64,000 nt of DNA from Candidatus Aminicenantes bacterium. Lineage in GTDB: Bacteria > Acidobacteriota > Aminicenantia > Aminicenantales > Saccharicenantaceae. The notes under the pieces are model-generated. The model was given only the letters and a program-made list of their open reading frames with translations. It made no database searches and was not told where the DNA came from. Position 1 is the first letter of the stretch. Each line of letters begins with the position of its first letter. The stretch is taken from the NCBI GenBank assembly GCA_014360005.1, contig JACIYI010000016.1, positions 54 to 64,053 on the forward strand, given 5' to 3'. The translations under genes were made by a program, and so were the position numbers. Shown one piece after another: positions 59,046 through 64,000 of this stretch.

Positions 59046-59936
59046 ATGGAAAAAAGATTTAAAGGAATTTTCGCTGCCCTGACCACTCCTTTTTCCAGCG
59101 GTCGGATTGCTGTAGACAAATTTCGGGAAAACATTGAAAAATTCAACCAGACCGGCCTTTCTGGCTACATCATCATGGGTTCTACTGGAGAAGCGCCGTT
59201 CGTGGATGATGAAGAAGCAGAAATCCTGGTCAGAGAAGCCAGAAAAACCGCCAGCCCCGAGAAATACATCATCGCCGGCACCGGACGCGATTCAGCCGAA
59301 TGGACTGTGAAATTAACCAACCGTCTGGCGGAGGCTGGCGCTCAGGCCGCACTCATCAAGCCGCCATATTATTACAAAAGCCGCATGAACTACTCTGCTC
59401 TTAAGGCTTATTATTCAGAAGTGGCTGACCGGGTAAAGATTCCGGTTATAATGTACAACATCCCCCAGAACACCCAGGTCTGGCTGCCTTTAGAGCTGGT
59501 GGTGGAGCTGTCAGAACACCAGAATATCATCGGGCTTAAGGAAAGCGGTGGCAGCCTGGCTTACCTCAGCGAGGTATGCAGCAAAGTTCCAGCTGATTTC
59601 CACTATTTTACCGGCTCAGCCAGCATACTTTATTCTGCGTTGGATATGGGAGCCTGCGGGGCTATCCTGGCACTGGCTAACGTGGCATCAGAACACTGCG
59701 TTAAGTTGTATGACTTGTTTATTGCCGGGAAAAAAGAAGAAGCCAAGGAACTTCAGTACAAATTGATTCCTTTAAACCGAGCTTTAACGGAAACCTACGG
59801 CATTCCAGCCATAAAATATGCTCTGGACCGCCGCGGCTTTTACGGCGGCCCCTGCCGTATCCCCCTTCTCCCCCTGGATGAAAAAGCCAAAATCGAAATA
59901 AACAATTACCTAACAGAATTAAACCTGATCAAATGA
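59046..59936 (+). CDS. Dihydrodipicolinate synthase family lyase (DapA-like)
   Basis: ALTTPF, GSTGE, PPYYY, MYNIP, GLKESG. Confidence 0.9.
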   Translation: MEKRFKGIFAALTTPFSSGRIAVDKFRENIEKFNQTGLSGYIIMGSTGEAPFVDDEEAEILVREARKTASPEKYIIAGTGRDSAEWTVKLTNRLAEAGAQAALIKPPYYYKSRMNYSALKAYYSEVADRVKIPVIMYNIPQNTQVWLPLELVVELSEHQNIIGLKESGGSLAYLSEVCSKVPADFHYFTGSASILYSALDMGACGAILALANVASEHCVKLYDLFIAGKKEEAKELQYKLIPLNRALTETYGIPAIKYALDRRGFYGGPCRIPLLPLDEKAKIEINNYLTELNLIK

Positions 59937-60477
59937 ATTGTTCACCTGTAAAGCTGGCCAAATAATTTTCAGAAAAATCTGGCCTAACCCGCCAAAAAAT
60001 TAATTAGAAAAGCGCAAGATATTGCACTGTTATAACCTGGAGAGATTTTTATAAACCTGGCAGTTATCCTCGGCCAAAAAACAGACCAGATACCTGCTGT
60101 CCAGCCAGAGCCTAACATCTGGTTCATAACCAAGAGTAATTATCCTGGATGAACGCAGCCGTCCGTCAGAACCAAAGCAATCAATACGGGGTTGCCTGTC
60201 ACGATAATAGTTGCTTATGAAAGAAAAACTTCTTTCGCTTGTATTTTTTCCTGCTACGGCCGATAATAACTTGTGCAATTAATCTATTAACATTAGATAA
60301 AGCGAATGATAAAGTCGGCATAATCCCCCAAATAAATACAAAACTCATTTATTAAGAGACCAGGAGTATTTCTCCAATTGCTCCTATAAATGCTCCAATC
60401 GCTGCTACCTCTAGCGCACCTTCTAGACTTAGATTTATAGAATTACCAGTGACAAGTGCGATACCAGCAGTGGCTGC

Positions 60478-61395
60478 AGGCCCACCTCCATTTTCCGTTG
60501 ACCGAAGGCGGTGAAGATGTCGAGGGCCGATTCCATCATCTATCTTCCTTCCAGAACAGCCTCTGGCTGTTATCTTCTCCCGCCAGGTCTTCGCTCTTCT
60601 CCTCAGGGAGGAGCTCATCTCAGAGGCTGTGGTGGAGAAGATCATGGGCTGGCGGCACTCGGGTTTTTCGGTCCACAATAAGGTAAGTGCTAAGACCAGA
60701 AAAGAGGCCGAGCGGGTGAGAAAGTACATGATTCGGCCTCTTCTTTCCCTGGAACGCCTCTCCCTCGATGAAAAAGAAGGCCAGGTCTGCTACCGGTATG
60801 GAGAAAAGCCGGAAGAGATGGAGCGGATGGATTACCTGGAGTTCATCGCCCGGGTGACCGCTCATATCCCGGACAAGGGCCAGGTCTTCTTGCAGGGGGA
60901 ACTTACTTCCCCTTCCAACGTTCACTTCGCTTTCTCCCTCCTTCTCGGGCTTCGCCCAGCGACTAAAGGGGCATACTTCGCTGGATCCCCCGACCGTTTT
61001 TTTTAAACCAAAGCCGTCACTTGGAGATATTTCGGCCTCTACGGGAAAGCCCACTGGGGCAAGGTGCGAAAGAGGGAGGGGTGGGAGCAGAAACTCATTC
61101 TCATCGAGCAAGAATGCCCAAGAATCCCCCACCGCGGCTAAGCTGAGATGATAATTTGGGGACATGTTCCAAATTCTCCGGAATTTGGTACGTGTCCCCC
61201 CTATTTGACCATCTGCTCTGCCCTCAATGCCAGAGCCAGATGCGTCTTATCGCCTTCCTCACCGACTATGCCGTGGTCGACAGGATCATCCATCACCTCA
61301 AGCTGACATTTGTCGCCGAAAGACCTCCTCCGCCTCAGGTCGTCTCGCCGCCATTCTTCCTGGACTCCGGGGCTCCGGCCGATTATTTTTCATAA
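60478..61395 (+). pseudogene. IS91-family transposase pseudogene
   Basis: 5'-truncated at the HUH motif, frameshift near 60565, 132-bp insertion 60887-61018, TAA at 61139, palindromic insertion at about 61154-61206. Confidence 0.85.
61158..61199. repeat. REP-like imperfect palindrome
   Basis: GGGGACATGTTCCAAATTC-TCCG-GAATTTGGTACGTGTCCCC. Confidence 0.8.
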
Positions 61396-61502
61396 TCCTT
61401 CCTTTGGCCAGAAGGAGGAATCTGCCTGATTTTCATCATTTTCCAGGCGACTCTTCGGCTGCTGAGCCGTTTTCACCCACCAGGTGCGATTTTTAATTGT
61501 CC

Positions 61503-61531
61503 TTGACATCCATATTATCGGGATTTATATT
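61503..61531 (+). promoter_or_regulatory. Near-consensus sigma70 promoter inside the IS end, facing outward
   Basis: TTGACA-17 nt-TATATT. Confidence 0.65.
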
Positions 61532-61687
61532 TTCTGAGGATGGTTGAACGAGATTAAAGGCACACCCAAACTGCACAGCTGAAAAGCAACTTCCTATATT
61601 TTTCGTTTTCGACCGCTTTGCGAAAAAATTGGATACCTGAATTGTTTAGCGTTATTTTTATTTATAAAAAAGTTGAAGTAAACAGAG

Positions 61688-62815
61688 ATGAGACTTATTA
61701 AAAACTCTCAGCAAATCACACAGTTGATTCTTGCGGCATTATTGCTAACAATAGTGCAATACGAATCGTTTGCCTGTACCTCCTTTGTTCTTAAGGGGGG
61801 AGGCAGACAATACCTGGCAAAAAATCTGGACTGGCATTGCGGCCAAGGTTATCTTATCTACAACCCAAAATCGGTTATAAAATACTCTTTCAGTCACAAG
61901 GAAAACAACATTTCATGGATCTCAAAGTACATAAGTATCACCTTTAATCAGTTTGGAGTTGGATTTCCCCTGGGGGGGATGAATACGGCAGGACTGATAA
62001 TTGAATCGCTTAACGCTCCCGGCAGTGGCGGAGTTCACAAAGACCAGGCAATACTTAATGAGTTCCAGTGGATACAGTACCAGCTTGACAACCATTCGGA
62101 TGTAGCCGGGGTTATTAACAACATAAAAACTATCGGTGTAAAACCTCTCATTCAGAATCTACATTACATTATTATGGACATTCAGGGAAATGTTGCTATT
62201 ATCGAAATAATAAATGGTGAATTCAAAATCTACTCAGGAGATGATGTAAGGCATAGTGTTTTAAGTAACAACCTCTATGGCAATTCTCTTAAATACCTTA
62301 AAAATTTCATCGGGTTTGGTGGTGAATTGCCATTGGCTGAAAGCCGGGATTCCCAAACAAGGTTTGTAACCATTGCCGACAAGCTAAAACGGCATTCTGA
62401 CAAGGTTCCTGATAAGGAAGCTGCATTTCAATTGCTATCTGAAGTAAGTCAGATAGACACGCAATGGAGCATAGTATACGACAACAAAGAATCAAGAATT
62501 TTCTTTAAGAATGCCAGATCCGGGAAGGAGGTTCAATTCACATTTGAGCCGGGAGGTAACAGTCAGGAAAGGTATTATCAATATTCCGATCTTTCGAACT
62601 GCACCAAAGGAGAAAATTTCAAGGAAGAGCTTACCCCGGAAATTAATATGCAGCTTTTCTATAGGATCGAAGAATCTTACAGAAGAGCCGGTATCAGCGA
62701 ACTAAAATTACGAATTCTCAAAGATATGTTCATCTTCGGTAATGAAAATATGAAGAGAGAGAAGAAGCAACTCAGCCATTTTCAGGTTCCAATAGCTTTT
62801 ATGCATAGCAGATAA
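61688..62815 (+). CDS. Secreted linear amide C-N hydrolase (choloylglycine hydrolase/penicillin V acylase family, C59)
   Basis: Signal peptide ending SFA then CTSF (N-terminal Cys nucleophile), KNLDW, GMNTAGL, WIQYQLDN, LHYII.D, SNN, SQTRF, TQWSIVYD. Confidence 0.88.
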   Translation: MRLIKNSQQITQLILAALLLTIVQYESFACTSFVLKGGGRQYLAKNLDWHCGQGYLIYNPKSVIKYSFSHKENNISWISKYISITFNQFGVGFPLGGMNTAGLIIESLNAPGSGGVHKDQAILNEFQWIQYQLDNHSDVAGVINNIKTIGVKPLIQNLHYIIMDIQGNVAIIEIINGEFKIYSGDDVRHSVLSNNLYGNSLKYLKNFIGFGGELPLAESRDSQTRFVTIADKLKRHSDKVPDKEAAFQLLSEVSQIDTQWSIVYDNKESRIFFKNARSGKEVQFTFEPGGNSQERYYQYSDLSNCTKGENFKEELTPEINMQLFYRIEESYRRAGISELKLRILKDMFIFGNENMKREKKQLSHFQVPIAFMHSR

Positions 62816-63354
62816 AATTATATTACTAATCATGAAATCTTTAAGATTTGCTGGAATTCAGCTTATTCTAAGCAAGGGTGAGGCTGAGATAAACAGGGCA
62901 AGGGCAGAGAGCTTAATTCTGGCTGGTCCTAGCCTGAAAGAAAACGGCCCATGTGGCCTCATGAGAAAATCTATATGAAAGCATATTCATTGCTTCACTT
63001 AAGAATCTATAGGGAATTTGTGCAGATTTTCTATACAGACCCCCTGAGAAGGTAGAAGGAGGATACACTTTTGGTCGACTATTCGCTTATATTATCTCGA
63101 AGAAAGAGCTGTAAAAGCGATGTTATCAAAACACCCGGTGATAGCATGGCTGGGCCATTAATAGTATCGGAAGGGAAAATCCAGAAGGCCCTTTCGATTA
63201 TCCATATCCAGTTTCGACGAAAGCCGCATCCGGGAAGGCGTCCGGAGCTTCGGCCGGGCCCTCCGGGAAATGTTGGAGAACGCTCAATGAACACCAAGGC
63301 GATTCCATGGATCTGGGGCCTGTTTTTCATCATGAAAGGAACATTCCAGCCGAA

Positions 63355-64000
63355 ATGAGCCATATCCGGATCCTGGCTGTTCCTGTCTTATTGGTCCTGT
63401 CTGCTGTTATGTTCCTTTACGGACAAAAGAAACTTGAATTTAAGGTCATCAAAGAGGACGGGGTTCCCGTAGCCGTGAATCCGGACCGTCCCATTCCCGG
63501 GAAGGACAGCCCAAAGGATATCGTGTTCACAGAAAGGTTCAGGATCGGCTCGGCGGAGGGCGATCCGAATTATGTCTTCGGTCCGTTCATCAGCTTCACG
63601 GTGGACGAGCATGGTCATGTTTATGTTCTGGATTGGAGGGGAAAAACGGTAAGAAAATTCAACGACAGGGGAGACTATCTTTTCGCCTTCGGCGGCCCGG
63701 GACAGGGTCCAGGCGAGTTTTCCTCACCCGAGGCGATCCGGTTTCTGCCGAACGGACAGCTCATGGTATTTGAGGGCGAAAGCCAGAAATACTCCTGTTT
63801 CACTAAAGACGGCCGATTGGTCCGAACCGGCCGGTTTCAAAAGCTCATGTTTCCGCCCTATTTTGGGCTCACGAACGGCCACTTCATCGCCGTGAACGTG
63901 CTCCATGATTCCGATAAAACGGAGTCCATCCTGGGAATATACGACGAGCGCTGCAATCTCGTGAAGGAGTTGTCCAGGGGAGAAAGAAAGGCGGATCCGC
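63355..64000 (+). CDS. Secreted 6-bladed (NHL-like) beta-propeller protein, truncated by window end
   Basis: Not in ORF track; open frame MSHIRILAVPVLLVLSAVMFLYG..EDGVPVAVNP..VDEHGHVYVLD..VRKFNDRGDYLFAFGGPGQGPGEF. Confidence 0.85.
   Translation, partial: MSHIRILAVPVLLVLSAVMFLYGQKKLEFKVIKEDGVPVAVNPDRPIPGKDSPKDIVFTERFRIGSAEGDPNYVFGPFISFTVDEHGHVYVLDWRGKTVRKFNDRGDYLFAFGGPGQGPGEFSSPEAIRFLPNGQLMVFEGESQKYSCFTKDGRLVRTGRFQKLMFPPYFGLTNGHFIAVNVLHDSDKTESILGIYDERCNLVKELSRGERKADP

Larger units (their letters stand above)
60478..61598 (+). mobile_element. Degraded IS91-family (Y2/HUH rolling-circle) element remnant
   Basis: Pieces HLHF.LTEGG, WRHSGFSVHN, YMIRPLLSLERL, LEFIARVTAHIPDKGQV, RYFGLY, CPQC..MRLIAFL..RIIHHL; ends in oriIS-like AAAAGCAACTTCCTAT. 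Confidence 0.85.

Noticed and set aside
60030-60351. Small AT-rich ORFs as a toxin/immunity pair
   Set aside because: Short, interrupted frames with no recognisable domain; probably decayed DNA
1-64000. CRISPR array, rRNA or prophage
   Set aside because: No regularly spaced direct repeats, rRNA signatures or phage structural genes observed

Overview
Gene-dense bacterial chromosomal window, mostly about 50-55% GC by eye, with AT-rich spacers. The gene repertoire (Acidobacterial-type VWA protein, 6-bladed propeller, S46 peptidase, many secreted hydrolases) suggests an anaerobic peptide/carbohydrate fermenter such as Ca. Aminicenantes; this is inference only. Most of it is housekeeping or metabolic: rarA, merR-tRNA-Pro-surE, dedA, a pstSCA-B-B-phoU operon, ABC-F, ansA, a second tRNA-Pro, a large sensor kinase, acyP/thiD, cobO and a DapA-family gene. 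Best candidate for a new system: positions 1-7047, a co-oriented cluster of four paralogous signal-peptide proteins of unknown function. One of them is missing from the ORF track because it runs off the window edge. They share a D-x-x-x-x-x-x-(Y/F)-(Y/H)-Y-x-P entry motif, the three complete ones share C-terminal YEY..G..W beta-sandwich repeats, and two carry extra modules (carbohydrate-binding-like domain; TPR cassette). Also notable: two PstB ATPases with complementary degenerate motifs, recurring leaderless gene starts, an S46 peptidase with Met at the S1-determining position, and a decayed IS91-family transposase with two nested small insertions whose end carries an outward promoter in front of an AT-rich C59 acylase gene. 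No CRISPR array or rRNA seen.
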